A DNA stretch of 62,585 nt, the filler included, from Sphacelaria rigidula (lineage: Eukaryota), in the NCBI GenBank assembly GCA_964200075.2. It is 9 parts of 9 records of this genome, joined end to end, with 100 filler letters (N's around TTAATTAATTAA, not from the genome) between each part and the next. Parts side by side here need not be neighbours in the genome. Positions count along the whole stretch, not along the records: positions 48,756 to 55,620 come from CAXNAA020017695.1; positions 55,721 to 62,585 come from CAXNAA020017696.1; 7 more parts are not named here. The stretch is one strand, 5' to 3'. Below are positions 48,656-62,349 of this stretch, one piece after another. The stretch's first letter is position 1. Every line of letters starts with the position of its first letter. The translations under genes and the position numbers were made by a program. The notes beneath the pieces were generated by a model, which saw nothing but the letters and a program-made list of their open reading frames with translations, was not told where the DNA came from and ran no database searches.

Positions 48656-51600
48656 NNNNNNNNNNNNNNNNNNNNNNNNNNNNNNNNNNNNNNNNNNNNT
48701 TAATTAATTAANNNNNNNNNNNNNNNNNNNNNNNNNNNNNNNNNNNNNNNNNNNNGCATTTGTATGGCAGCCTTCAATGAGTTGCTTTATTTTCTGGTAT
48801 CGCCACTTCCAGAGACAACCACAGCTTATACACTGCCTCATAGGTGCCTCACCTGGGAGGGGAGGGGGGGGGAGGAGGAAGCAGGGTGTTTGCGCATACC
48901 GCATGTACATCGTGTCAAAGTTATACAGGAAATGACTTGAAATTAAAGAGCGCAGCGCTTTTTCTGTCGATAACCGATTGACTTGAAAATACCTCAGTCG
49001 GAACTTTGACGTTCGCTACAAGTTTCCTTCACCCCCTGCTGATAGGTTCGCACATTACTACCAGACGCCTTGGCGCGCTTGGGGTCTCGTTTGGGTGCCA
49101 TCTGAGACACTGCGCGCCTACAATACAACATGCGTTGTTGTACAACCAGAACGTGTGCGGCTGTTTTTTGGCACAAGATCCAGACATGGGGATGATCTTG
49201 CAGTGTATTAATTTTTTGCGGGAAGCGCTATCAAGGCCGAGCGTTCAAGATCGGCGCCCGGCAAACATTGAGGACCCGATTGATATCAGGCGAAGAACCA
49301 AATATGAGACATGTCCTGTTTCACTGTACTGCAACACAAACACACTCACGTCCGCTAGTGCAACAAGATTGTCCATCTCCTGATGTGGAGCGAGCTTTCC
49401 GGAGGAATAGGATCACCCCAACACCGACCACTCCCGGGCTTGAGTAAATGTACTGAAAATATAGTTCATTTCATATGAGCCATATCGCTATTTGTTGGTG
49501 ATGCGTGTATTTTCCATTGATGTTATTCGTTGGGTTACGGGCCACTTCTGACGAATATAGCGTTCAGCTTGCACTTTCCAGGAATATAGTACCCGAAATC
49601 GGCCCCCATGCCTACCCATAACGGTGATGAGCAGTTGCAGGCGAAACTTGTTCGAAACTCACCTACTGCGAAGAACTGATCAATTCGTGATATTTGCCCG
49701 TGAAGAGCTGTCCTTCCTTCCTAGCTGAGCTGCACTACTGTACAACCTTTGCGGAATCCGGATCTCAAATTTCGAAATCTGTGCGTTCAGCGACGGCCCT
49801 GCTCGGGTTATCTAGACGACCCTTTTACAGCGCCAGCAAGGGTGCCTGTAGACTGGAATCACGGATACCATACCCCCCCCCTGCCCCACTCGGGAAGAAT
49901 TTTCAACTTTGCGCAAAATATGTGCATATGGCTATTGTATACATTTGGATATTTTGTCCGAGTTCAGGATATTTTGTTTTCGATGTCTCGCAGCGCGGCA
50001 TTCTGCGTGCTCTCGATCCATGACAGGTCACCATCTCATTGACTTGAAGTTCGAGTACATTGCTTTCCCGTCCGAGCCCTCCTCCCGTTCCAATAATCCA
50101 GGGGGTAGAACACTGGTGTTCCTTTGCTCCTGCGCCTTCTCCTGCACGTGCTCGACGGGCTTCTCTGTCTCGCTCTCCACCCGCCACACACTCACGCGAA
50201 CGCCGCAATACACCGCACGCTTCAACCGCTGCCTGAGCGACAAATTGTGTTTGCGATGAAATCGCAGCATTTGTTTTTTCCGCGCACTGCGAGCTCAGTA
50301 TTCATGCTTTGTTTCCGCCCCGTCTCAGAACCTCAGGTGCAGGTATTGATGGTTGTGCCCCTCCGAGGCCTGTTCACCACATCGAACCTGAAACCCGTAC
50401 ATCCGAATCTTCTGCAACGAGTGACCCATCTTCTCTCTAACGCTAACCCTGATCCTAACGCCGACGAAGGAAGACAGAACACTCGGGCAGCGACCGTGTT
50501 GTACGTGGTCGAAGGGTGCGTTTGTCGTACGGCGCCGATTTGGTTAAAAACGCATTGTGGCACCGCGTGCCGCGCGAGGCGCCGCAGTTCCCCTGCATCC
50601 CCAGGGAACCGGGTGTTGTCAAAGCCACGTGAAAGCCCGGAGAAAGACCCGGGTCTGGAGTCCTGCCGGAAATCGCATTCGTTCACTAAACATTTTTACG
50701 TCCTTGAATCTTACCGCCAACAAATCCATTGCCTTGGTTGAGATCCTTCTCGTGAGCGCTGCGGCGTCGGTAGCATCATGATCATGTCCTCAAGTATCAC
50801 CGCTGACAGGTACTTTGCCATGGCTGAGATCGCTCTCGCCGAGCGCAGCGGTGTCGGCCGTAGGCCTTGATGTTGTCGTTGCAGCCGTGCAGTTCGACGT
50901 TCCCCCGAAATTTTCGTAGTTGTCGTATATCGATTTGACTTTTCTCCCGAAATATATAAACTACCGCGAAATTTCCACAGGATTATCAGGTTATTTATCG
51001 TTCGTAACGATCTCTTCTGTATCGGAGATGCATGACCTTTTGCTCCAAATGAAGATGATGCCGATTCAGCAGCTACTCGCCCTGGTTGTTGAAGGATAAA
51101 CTTTCGCGAGGGTGGATAATATATTTGCCAGACCAGCATCATTTTCACTCAAAGAATGAGAACGAGACTCAGATCACCCACCATGGCGCGTTGGGATTCC
51201 AGCAATCCGGGCACAGCACCCTCCATCGCAGTATGAGCACCACGGACGTTTGTACGTGTGTTGGATGGTTAGCTCAATGATTATGCAACAAGCAGAGGGG
51301 GCCTCCGTGACACAATGGGCTCGGGTTTCAATTTTTATGATGTTCTAGAAATTGAACAATGAGCGATCAACTTTGATGGGTTTGTTACGGAAGTTGGAAT
51401 CGTGGTACTAAACATGGCGGTGAGAGTTGCTAACCACCTTGCAGTACAGTACTTTTGGCGTCCCAACTGATGTGTTTCTCCGCTCATTGTATGTGTACAG
51501 TTATATTAGTACTTCGTATGATGTACCACCCGATTATATTTTTGCTTGGTTGTAGCTGGTGTAACTATTTCAGTGGGTAGCAAGCAAAGCATATGTTGCG

Positions 51601-52317
51601 CTAGGACAGAATCCCCATTCCCCTGAATGCCATGACTTGGTGTATCCCAAATTTGGTATACAAACCCTCGGTTTGCATGAGCACACCCCGTGCTGTTTTC
51701 GGTTGCAAAGCTTTTGTGGCTGTCAGTTGGCGATACTCTGCTGTAGAATATCACACCTACAGCGGCGGGAGTAATGTTTTCTTGATGCTCCCAGAAGCGT
51801 CGTCTTCTCGCTGCCCCCAGAACTTGGAGAGGTGGATTGGCCAAGGCTTCGTCGCCACAGTCCACAGGCCACGCGCGGCCCAATATTTGTAATTCCGGTG
51901 GGAAGGTTTGATGACAGGGAAACAGCATTTGGGCCTGCCCTGTCAACGCTGTCTTTTTTTGTCTTCATTTTTTATTATTACGCCAACTTCGGGCGATGCA
52001 ATTTTTGGGACTACCCGAGCTTCCGTTGAAATCAGCGAGCACAAGGCAAACAATGAAGGGCAGCGGTGACGGGGTAGGCCTAACTGCTGTTTTTCTCGTG
52101 TCAAAAGGTTACCCCGAAAGTAAAAATATTGAGCCACGCCTCGTAGTTTTAGTGTTTTCCATATTCTGGACATGAGAATGAACGGTCACGAAGTGATCTG
52201 TGTACATTATCGACTTTTGTTCCTCATCCAACAGGCAATATATTCCATACTGTACGCGTCACATTTTTTTACAATATCATCCACTGTCCAGGATGTAGTG
52301 TTTACGCGTATCACCGT

Positions 52318-52520
52318 GGCCGGTGGTTTAGTGGTTGAACTGTCACCATCAGGGCAGAGAGAATGTGGGTTCGATTCTCGCCAGATGTTTTTTTTTTCTT
52401 TTTCGGAACGTATGATTTCCATATCGAAAGCGTGAGGAGAGATGGGGTGATCCTTTGAGACTGCGGACTTGTCCCGAGGAAGGGCAGGGCTTGAAAGTGC
52501 GACAAGAACAACAGGAAAAA
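52318..52520 (+). repeat. tRNA-headed dispersed repeat family (representative copy)
   Basis: Head GGTGGTTTAGTGGTT...GGGTTCGATTCT, then a T-run and a shared body (GAGATGGGKTGATC..TTGAGAC..CGGACT..TCCCGAGGA). Other copies at about 9113-9425(+), 38800-38958(+), 46180-46500(-), 47190-47450(-) and 53325-53400(-, body only). Confidence 0.75.
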
Positions 52521-54779
52521 AAAAAGTCGTGTTCCGATCGAATGTCGATAGGTAAAAGAATCGATTGTGTCCCGATAATTTCCTGGGTTAACCCTTGGAC
52601 CGTGAGGGTAGTTCACCTGCTGAATCGCCATTAATTTCGCTTGAAAGTAAAAGAATCGATGGTGTCCCGATGATTTACCAGCTTGAACCTTGGACTTCGA
52701 GGGCAGCTCACCTGCTGGATCGCCATGAATTTTATTTGAACAAAGTATACGTGATCCATATGGACTACCCGCATCGCGATCAACACGCCCAAGCATTTTC
52801 CTAGAGGAACATGCCGATGTAATATCTTGACGACTGCGCAGCGTAAGGGTACCTACTGGCTCGGCGGTATCTGCGTGCTCGAGTCCCGCACCCGCACCAG
52901 CTGCCTTGTACTTCGTTTACAACACCTCGACCGCCAGGTGTTCTTTCGGGCCAACGTTATTGCGGGACCTTTCTGGTGCGGAACGCGTCGCAACATACTG
53001 CGGGGGGGGATATTACTGCGAACGACGATAGCGTTGATGATAGGATACAATTACCAAAATACCATTTTCCCTCAGGGAGGTGCGGCAGCCATGGGAGTGC
53101 TGCGTGTAGTACACAAAGTATGAGGCACCTGGTGGGAGTGTGAGACTCGTGTTCGCGAATGCCGCCGACACAGAATTGCCTCACGCTGCGCAGACGTCAA
53201 GATATTTAATCGTCCCACCAATGCTATCATACGTGGCAGAATCACCGGCATCCTCCTTTTGGCGAATATTCGGGCAGATACCGTGTATTTTGGGTACAGT
53301 TTAGTTTTTGTCAGACTCTAAATCCCTCCCCTTGCTCGTGACAAGTCCATGGTCTCACGAGATCAGCCCATCTGTCGTCACGTCGTCACGCCTTCGACGC
53401 TTGATTTTATATATTTCGAAGGGAGTGAAAAAAAACGTATCTGACGGGAAGTGAACCCCCGTTCTCCGCCCTTACGGTGGAAGTCTGACCATTAGAGCCC
53501 TGTTCCTCCACGTACTTTACCCAGTATGTTTTCGGCATACGACCAATTTCGGTGCGCGAACGCCGTAGAGCACGTTGAGAGCTATCGGAACACACGCATG
53601 ACGATCTCCCGATCACAGGGATTTGCTACTTGACGATATCTTGTCGCAGTTCTTGAGATGTGATCGGCGGAAGGTTTTTCAGCTTTTGGGTCGGCCCGAC
53701 TCGTCGGTACCAGGAGAAGCTGAACTTGACTTTATTATGGACCGACTACTTTTCTCTGACCAGGTGAAGTCGCTGATGATCACTTGAGTACAGTGTGTTT
53801 ACTGTAAACGCATGAAGTAGAGACGACTGCGTGACTTGAGACCAGGGTTGCATATCGGACCGAGATTAAGTTCGATACAGTGTTTTTAGAATATCGACCC
53901 ACAACCGGCGATCCCGATATTTTTGTCGATATTCCGCAGGTGACACGATACGTAACGAGTATCGATATTCGATACGATACGGCTGTTTTCGTATGGCCGC
54001 AGTGTACAAGACCGAGCGGTACACTGGCACCTTAACCTATTGTTTTTGTAGGTTGCATAAGATACCATGTCCCATTTTCGAAGCTCATTTACGCCTCACA
54101 AGAAACGATGCTGGAGCTGAACTGGGTGGCGTTACAACCATCTCGTCGAGAGATTCCCAAAACGTGTCGTTTGATGTTGGAACCCCCTTCGTTGTGAAGT
54201 AATCGGGCTATGAAAATCGCTCCTGAGGGCGTGGTATGTTATGCAACCTACGATAGTTTCCAGTTTATTACAGCAGTGGGCACATGATGTATACCGCAGT
54301 GGTGGTGTGCAATTTGACATCACAGCAGCGGCGGCACGCGGTGATGCAGCTATGTAACCCCAATCTCTTGCCATCGTGCAAGAGGTAGTTTATCACAGCG
54401 GGCCGGGTGTGGTACATTGACTTCAACGGCTATTATTCTGCGTGTTTCGATCGAAGAACCGCGTACCCCGACTCTGCGCACTCACTAAAAACAAACGCAT
54501 CAAAACTCGAACATGCTCGAACTTGAATGCGCGCTCTTCTTTTTTCACGTTTTTCACTAGCATATAAGATCAAACGTCGGCAACATGCGACGAATTTTAA
54601 TCTTTGGACGCCTCATTTTTTTCTTGCTTACTCTTTACCTCCTCTTTTCCGTCTTTTTTTTTTTTTTTCCGGTCGACCATTTCTTTTTGTGCTTTGCTTT
54701 TGTTGACTTTTTATTATCGTTTTTCGTTACGACTTAGTCTACTAAGTCGTTCTGTCCGACTTTTTTTTCCCCTTCTATT

Positions 54780-54900
54780 CCTTATTTTTTTCAGCGAGCG
54801 TTTCAGTTTTGTTTTTGTTGGGCACGTCTACCATGAGACCACGGCTGGACCCCTGGGGGGTCAGTTCAAGTGCGACAACCAATCGACCAATAAATCAAAC
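54780..54900 (+). repeat. Dispersed repeat ending in a (CAAT)n tail (retroposon 3' end)
   Basis: Core GACCACGGCTGGA..CTGGGGG.TCAG..AAGTGCGACAA followed by (CAAT)n. Copies at 4245-4335(-), 22122-22260(-), 46590-46716(+) and here. Confidence 0.8.
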
Positions 54901-55980
54901 GATCTATAAGCGCGTGGACTAAGGGCCTGTTTCATCGAGACACGAAAAAAAAAGAAGGGTAGAATGAAACAAGCGGCAAAAGCAGCATGTTGATTGATCG
55001 CCGGGCGGGTCAATGATTGTGGTGACAAATCGACGTGTTGCTTGTGGACGCTCGTTCCGTTTCTCGCTTGCTTTCCTAGTCTCGTTAACCCTTTTGGGAC
55101 CGACCCCCCACTAACACAGGGTTGACTCTGTATTAGTGAAATAATAAAAAACAAGTCTTCGAGCGACCTGCCCAATCACGGCGAGGCGAAATTTATCGAC
55201 CAGATCTGAACGACCAGTGCTGGGGTCGTTGGCGAGCATGATGCCACTGTGAAGATCGTGCTGGGACCCTATCCCTGGCCCAGAGACGCCTCCGCAGGTT
55301 TTCAAGCGCAGGGCGGTCGGAGCTTGGTTATATGATATGACTTGCACTCAGTATATCGTTCCCGAGTTTTCCGGTGTTTTTTTTGGGTCTCAATTCCCTA
55401 CTAAAACGTAGTAATTTACACTAACACAGGGTCGACCGGAAAAGCCGGGAAGGAGTGTACATGCTACCATGTGGTCATTTTCACCACGCCCTAAAACCAG
55501 GTGGGCTGTGGAAAGACAAAATGATCTACTGTCATGAGTTCTGCTTATCCCTCTGGCGATGACTTGCAGGGTGCAGTAAATATGTATGTAGTGGGTGGGG
55601 ATGAAGAAGCGGTATGTAGGNNNNNNNNNNNNNNNNNNNNNNNNNNNNNNNNNNNNNNNNNNNNTTAATTAATTAANNNNNNNNNNNNNNNNNNNNNNNN
55701 NNNNNNNNNNNNNNNNNNNNGCTAAATCGTATCTTTTACTCGAACCGCACGACTCACACTACTTTGAAGACCTCTTGAACGGTGCAATTTTCCACAAATG
55801 CGCGCCTGTGGGCCAGCGCGCAACATTGTTCAACATTATTCTGCCATTCCATTCAGGCAACAGGTGGCAGGAATGTTCCAACATGCTACACATGTGAACT
55901 TTTCGTCTCATCATCGGAACCGGCGCAGCGAGACATGTTATGAATAAAACCTCTCTCGATCGTACTTTCAATGCTCGATT

Positions 55981-56225
55981 TCACGAAAACATTGTTAGGT
56001 TTGCCGGCAGGATTTTGTACCAATGTGCAAGGTAAGCGTGTTGTCCATAAATGATGCAGACACTTCCGGCCGCTGAAAGCCATTAAAAGCCTACTCTCTA
56101 TCGTATCGTAGATTGTCAATCTCACGAACACATTGTTAGGTTTGCCGGCAGGATTTTGTACCAATGTGCAAGGTAAGCGTGTTGTCCATAAATGATGCAG
56201 ACACTTCCGGCCGTTGAAAGCCATT
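55981..56225 (+). repeat. Recent 141-bp-period tandem duplication containing a candidate 33-nt exon
   Basis: 55981-56084 vs 56122-56225 differ at 2 of 104 nt. Each contains ttag|GTTTGCCGGCAGGATTTTGTACCAATGTGCAAG|gtaagc. Confidence 0.85.
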
Positions 56226-57201
56226 GTTATATGTGGGCACACCAGCCACGGCTGTGTTACCATTTAGTTTCGCCCGAGATACAGGCAGCCGTTTCCGCGG
56301 CGGAGGCGGCCTTTGACTCCTGCGTGCGCCACCTGGGGCAAGCGCACGCTGTAGCTGAAACACGGACAGCTTTACAAATGTTGCGTAGCGATATACTGTA
56401 GCGCGTGGCGTGATATCTCGCCTACACGTTCGCCGCAGGTACAAGCGGCTGCGTTCATTATGTGGCGAACTGCATAGTACAACGCGAAATCAATGCAGGA
56501 CAGGAATAGGCTAAGGATGTCACGTCCTGCGGTGTGCTTTATCACCCTGCATCCTACTGCTGTGCAGTGAGCAGGTAGTACCGTCGAATGCCTCACGATA
56601 CGGTTGGTACACAGTAGTGTCAGCTCCACACCCCTAGGGTGACCTCTGCATTGAATTCAATGAAACACATTGGACTATATTAGACGCGGAGAGCATTATT
56701 TTCGAGCAGCACGCGCGCTAGCGTTTTCCGTGTCGTCGACATCGTACCAGCGCGTTGTGCGTAAAGCGCTGCACTCCCCCGTGGCAGCCCGTCACGGTAG
56801 TGCTCCTCATGTTTCATCACGCTTTATTCGAAAACGCGCAGAAGAGATGCCAGCGAGTCCATCGTTGTTGCACTTGGATTGTGGTGAATTTTTTTTCGAT
56901 AGAACCCCCGCATGCCGCGTGTTGTACCGAATAGTATATACCGTACCAGTTCAAAAACGGATATGCAATATATGTACGCCACCGACATGCTCTGGTTATC
57001 ATGAACTGTGTATGACGCGCGGGAAGCGTGGCTTTTGTCAGGGAATGCTAGGACGCAACCATACTACAGTACAGGCAATATGAAACACGTGATTCTAAGG
57101 CGACACAAAACGAAGCATTTACATTATTATGATAAATACCTGGGCGTTTTGGTACTGAAACGAGTCCACCAGTCCCTCCACTGCCTACCGTACGAAGATA
57201 G

Positions 57202-57460
57202 CAAGGGTTGGATGAATCAATGATTCGTCCGGGAATCATTCGATTTTTAGTGTGATTGATTCGTACCGTACGAATCAATCCTTAGGCTTTGTTTTCAGCG
57301 TTGCAACCCAGGTACGCGTAGCCCAGGCACGTGGAATGGTGGAAACGTTGCGTGGAGACGTGTTTGACCAGCGGTCGACTTTTTTCTTTCTTTCGAGTAA
57401 GCAGGCCGAAGAAATCGTGGATTTGGTGATTCAAATCGGCGATGATTCGTCCGAACTATG
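57202..57460. mobile_element. hAT-like MITE (259 bp), family copy 2
   Basis: Reverse-complement homolog of 1448-1705 over its full length. Ends CAAGGGTTGGATGAATC...GATTCGTCCGAACTATG. Flanks gaagatag / ggggatag (6/8 match). Confidence 0.8.
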
Positions 57461-57519
57461 GGGGATAGATACCACGTGTTCCAATTTCAAACTGGTTGTT
57501 GTCTCCGGCTATCCCAAAT

Positions 57520-57800
57520 CCCGTATTGGATTTCTGTGACAGAAAACCGAGCAGAACGTTTCGAGAACTTTTAAAAAAACAAACAGAATTTTCCAAGAAT
57601 CGCTCAAAAGATGACCCCATTAACTGGAGTACAGGGTGGTCACTCAGCACAAGACAACTCTGCGGTGGTATATGAAGTGCCGAGTACTACACTCAACACC
57701 AGACAACACGGCAGTTCTGGAGTGTTTTCTGGCTCTAGAACCTGAAGACGGACTGAATACACAGTACGCATCAGCTTCTCTTGTTGCAAAATCACAGCGT
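57520..57800 (+). repeat. Dispersed repeat shared with 60780-60990
   Basis: Shared ATTGGATTTCTGTGACAGAAAA, TGGAGTACAG, ACT.AGCACAAGACAA.TCTGC, TAGAACCTGAA.ACGGA and CTCTTGTTGCAAAAT. Confidence 0.75.
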
Positions 57801-60800
57801 CCTGACCGCTCGAAACCTGAAGACGGACTGTATTCAAATGCAAAAACTTGTAACCCAGATCTGCACACATTGCGCCAGTCTGTCTGTTTTTCTGCACGGT
57901 TAGTGATCTCCAGCGGCTTTTTTTTCGGTAGGCATGATCGAACGCGATGGTCGGCAATCATGATCAAAAGGGATTGAACGCGGTTGGTGACTTGGGAAGA
58001 TCTATGGGTGTTTCGGACTGCTGTTCTTGAGCCTGCCTGTACAAGGGCGACGTACATGGTATACCTTTCAATTTTCTACAAGAGGATCTTTTCTTCTTCG
58101 CACGTTCACATATTCACATATTTGTGGCCTATGGATACTCGAGCGCGTATGGGGTATGGCCGACCTACCACGTGTGGATGGGTTACTGGTGAAATCGCCA
58201 ACGCGTAGTGCGTCTACTGCCGTGAGCCCTGGTATGAACTATAGTCTCCCGGTTTTCATGCTTCATGTCCGAAGGTCGTGTACGGGGTTAAAAACACGCC
58301 GCCTCATACTTTCTCGTCGGTGTACATGTGTATCTAATTGTCTCTCTTCGCACAACCCAATTAAACGTTGTGGCGACGTGCCCAAACGCCGGTAGCGTCT
58401 GTATGCCGCTCACGCTCGAGCAAACAGACACATTGTTCGTTGCAGACCTTGTGTGTCGCAACAGTCTCTCTGCATTTATGTCTTGCGTCGGGGAGTAGGG
58501 TCTCCGGTCGAGTGAACACGTCTCCGGTCGTGAAGTGATGCCACCATAACGACGAGTGATGAGTGTCATCAACAAGAAGTTATGCTTAGATCGGGGCACA
58601 GATCTGCGCACAGGTATAAATTGCGGCAGTTCTGGAAGCAGCGTTAGCCCGGAAACTCTGTAGTGCTGCGGACAAAACCAACGAGGTAGCATAGCGCCGA
58701 TACATCGAGCCACGAAAACCGACGCATAGACGCCCACATCCCACGCGCATTTTTCAAGCGCTAGCTCGCCTTCTACACAAGACAGCCTTTGTTTGACGGA
58801 ACGCCGTCCAGAATTCCATCAAAGGCGGTGGCGTGCGTTTCAAATAGCAACCGAAAACGTAGTGTTGCTGACTATTTCGGTACACAAACAACTCTAGCAC
58901 TCTCTCATGTTTTTACCCTTCACGCCGTAGCCTGAGCTACTGGCAATAACGATGCTGCTTATACTGCTGCTGTTGCCTCTTCTTCTCGTGCGGAAGGCGG
59001 CCCGCGTTTCGACCTACGACAATACCCATACCCCCTTGCGCGTGATTGCTGCCCTCTTTGAAGTCGCTGGTCTATTCGCGTGCTGTTTTACCGGCTCTGT
59101 ATCACTTGTTTCCCACCCTAGCATACTCGATTAGAACGGTGCGTAATTTCTCGTGAAAATGAAGTTGTGAACCGTCACTTCACTATCACTATCACGATAT
59201 GATTCTCATCCTCCTTGTTTCGTTAACCCTTTGACCGCGAGGGTAGGTCACCTGCTGGATCGGCATCAATATATACTTGAAAAAAGTGTGCGTGATCCAG
59301 ACGGACTACCCGCACCACTGTCTAATGAAAACACGACCTCATAACACATTTTGATCATTCCTAATCAACCATAGATTACACAACCAACACGCAGGTGTTT
59401 GAGCATCTTCGGTAGACTGTGCATGTTTGTCTGTTCAATACTGTTTGAGTGTCGTACTAGCTCCACACCTCCATCTAGTATCATACGTCATGGCGCAAAA
59501 CGCGAGCGGCGGCCACGAGTACCCGACGCACGTAGATGTAGACAAGTACTTCGACGGTGAGGCGACCGCCATCGCCGAGCAATTGCTCGACGGTAGTCAG
59601 GGGCGTTCGCGGCGGTAGTCATGGTGCAATATCCTAACGCATGCTGCGTACACTCGGCACGTTCAACACTGTAAGATCTAGTACGCCACAGATCACACGT
59701 GCAGCCGCGGCACGATACACTACAGACTGCACAGCAAATATTTGAGGCGTGATAATGAGGTGGTCGACAACCACACCACCGTCTGTGTTATGACGCAACT
59801 ATGTACCTCTTATGCACTGCCGGTCCCTTCCACCGTAGAGTAGGCGTTTTGAGTTGTGACAAAGGAATGGTACTGAACCCCAAAAAGTGTAGTATCTACC
59901 TCAGTCTACCAGCGGGGGGGTCGCTGTCTGAGGGATCAAGTGGATTGTGAAAAAGGGGAATCCTCTTCGTTAAAAAGGGCCCTAACAGCTCTAGCACTTT
60001 CTCTCCTTCACGCCGGCGGCTCAGATGCCGCCAAAGAAGGCGAGTCCCATCGCTCTTCATTGAAGGCGTCTGTCTCTTCTGTCCCTTTTCCATTACATTT
60101 CCAATGTTAGAAAGGATAGGAAAATTGGAACTGCAGTGCGAAGCAGAGCGATCTATAAATTACACAATACCTTACGGGCAAACCTTTTCACTTTAGAGTA
60201 GAAAGTCCCAGCCGATACCACTCCGGTTTCACCACCGAAATCCAAGACGGCCACGTCACGAACACCGAAATGAATTGAAATTGGAAGCGCCCTGGACACA
60301 GGGCAATCTATTGAACAAAGCCTTGGTTTCAGCGCAGACGCACAGAAGATCACATCTGGAGCTTGAGAAAGCTGACAGGCCCAGGGGGGCGTGAGGTTGC
60401 GCACTACGCGTTTCTGCATGAACCAGCGCCGCAGTTGAGCTTTGCAAACAAATCCTTCTGCTCAGACTCTATCTTTGCAAAATATTTTTCGATCGGAAAA
60501 GTGCGGCGGAGAAGCGAAATTCTGGTTTGATAGGTCATCACTTATTTCGACGTCACCTATGTTGACATGACCACTGATCAGAACGGATTCTCCCTCCTGT
60601 ATCGCACCCTAACGAACGAAAAATGCATTTCTGACTTGAACCAAAGGGCCATCTCAACGAGAGAAGAATTGTGAAGGAAAAGCTTTGATTCTGTTCATGG
60701 AGCGACTGTTCACGTTTATCATTGTTCTTATTCCAATTCCAATTTTCAAATTGGTTTTTGTCTCAGGCCATTTCAGATTCGGCATTGGATTTCTGTGACA

Positions 60801-61223
60801 GAAAACTCTGGTTTTTTCACAATAAGTTTTCAGAACCAATCAAAACTTTTCGAAAACCTGCCCATTACGTGACCCTATTGTATGGAGTACAGAGTACTAC
60901 ACTGAGCACAAGACAATTCTGCAGTGTTTTTTAGAACCTGAACACGGATTGTATACAGTATGCATCAGCTGCTTTCTCTTGTTGCAAAATTAATAGTGTC
61001 CAGCTGCTGCTGCTGTACTACTACGGAAGCACACGCCCTCGAGGTGCCACCCCACGTTTACCGCCATTACGGGCATAACAAGACGAGAACACGAACTGCA
61101 GCAGTCGTGGCCGCCACACATCAACGTTACTGCAGTGAAACGTGTGCCTGAACCGACATCACCACACTTTTGGCGTTTCTTCTTGTTGGCGAAAACTTGG
61201 GCACCTAATTTTGTGACAGGCTT

Positions 61224-61470
61224 CACCGACTAAGCTGCGTGTTGGGATGGGCGATCGAATTGCATACGCGCTCATGGACAGTGCAGGTGGTGCAAAGCTG
61301 CTCGTGGTTCAAATCTGCTTCGCTGGTGGTATCATTTTCTAATGTTGTGGCAGGGCCCACCGACTGAGCTGCCTGTTGGGGTGGGCGATCGAAGTGCATA
61401 CGCGCTCATGGACAGTACAGGCGGTGCAAAACTGCTCGTGGTTCAAATCTGCTTCGCTGCTGGTATCATT
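61224..61470. repeat. ~134-bp tandem duplication within a decayed minus-strand ORF
   Basis: 61224-61336 is similar to 61358-61470. The minus strand reads NDT.SEADLNHEQ.CT.CTVHERVC.SIAHPN twice. Confidence 0.8.
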
Positions 61471-61798
61471 TATAGGAGCGTTCACAGAGGGATATTTGTC
61501 AGATGAAAGAGAAAGTCCGCAGTCCAACGGCAGGTCACGCCGGGCGACTTCTGCGCTGGAACGGTTTTCACAAATCAGCACCATGTACTTCACGAACTCG
61601 CCCTCCGCCACTCGGGGATAAAGGATACTCACTAGTTCATGAATCGCGAAGCTGTCCTTCATTTGTAGGCCGGTAGGGTCAGACTAGCTCAGCACATGGC
61701 GGACCGCAGAGAAAACAATTAGAATGAGGGATTGATTGCCAGCGAAATATAGCACTTGGCAAAGGATACGAGTTGGTTTAAATTGTATACTTTACATA

Positions 61799-62349
61799 CA
61801 GTAGTGGGCGGTCTGACTGTTCATTTTGTGGCATTTTGTGATTTTTTCGCAATTGGCGATTTTCTTGGGCTCTTTTCGCGTGCCACCGCTTATCACGTCG
61901 GGCATCTGAAAATATTTGAATCCGCTCCACATTTCAAGAAGAAAGAACCATCTGTACTCAATATTGAGTGCCTTACGGGCTGACCAGTCATCGGGGGTCC
62001 TGCCACGTTTCAGCCCAAATTCCTACTCTTCAGTATTTTCGGTCGATCGAGCCCGTCCTGATCATATTTGTAAACAAATGTACAGTTTCATCTTTTTGAA
62101 ATTGTGCCTACTCATTGCACTAGGACCGAAAAATTGTGTTTCACGGTCAACAACACCCTCCTGATGAACGGGGTATTTGCTCGTTTCGCCCGGTAACACC
62201 AATATACACTGACTCGGGCTCGATGTTTCGAGCATGATCTGTTGTGTTGTACCAAAATCTACCGGCGCTAGCAATTTTGACTTCTATCGAAGAGCAGTAC
62301 GCGAGGAAAACCTCAAAACACCCCTAAATAGTTAGACCGCCCACTACTG
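61799..62349. mobile_element. Tc1/mariner (pogo-like) MITE, 551 bp
   Basis: TA|CAGTAGTGGGCGGTCTGACTGTT...AATAGTTAGACCGCCCACTACTG|TA: a ~23-bp TIR starting CAGT, with TA on both sides. Confidence 0.9.

Noticed and set aside
48581..48855. Large inverted repeat spanning 48581-48855
   Set aside because: The arms lie on different pieces either side of a linker. They are two copies of a common repeat at assembly breaks.
59490..60093. Short divergent/convergent ORFs (59427-59618 +, 59896-60093 -) as first exons
   Set aside because: No recognisable motifs or partner exons were found.
62062..62274. ORF with FFGPSAMSRHNFKKMKLY resembling the piggyBac MSR.RF motif
   Set aside because: It lies inside a TA-flanked mariner-type MITE and lacks the neighbouring YW and DE motifs, so it is likely chance.
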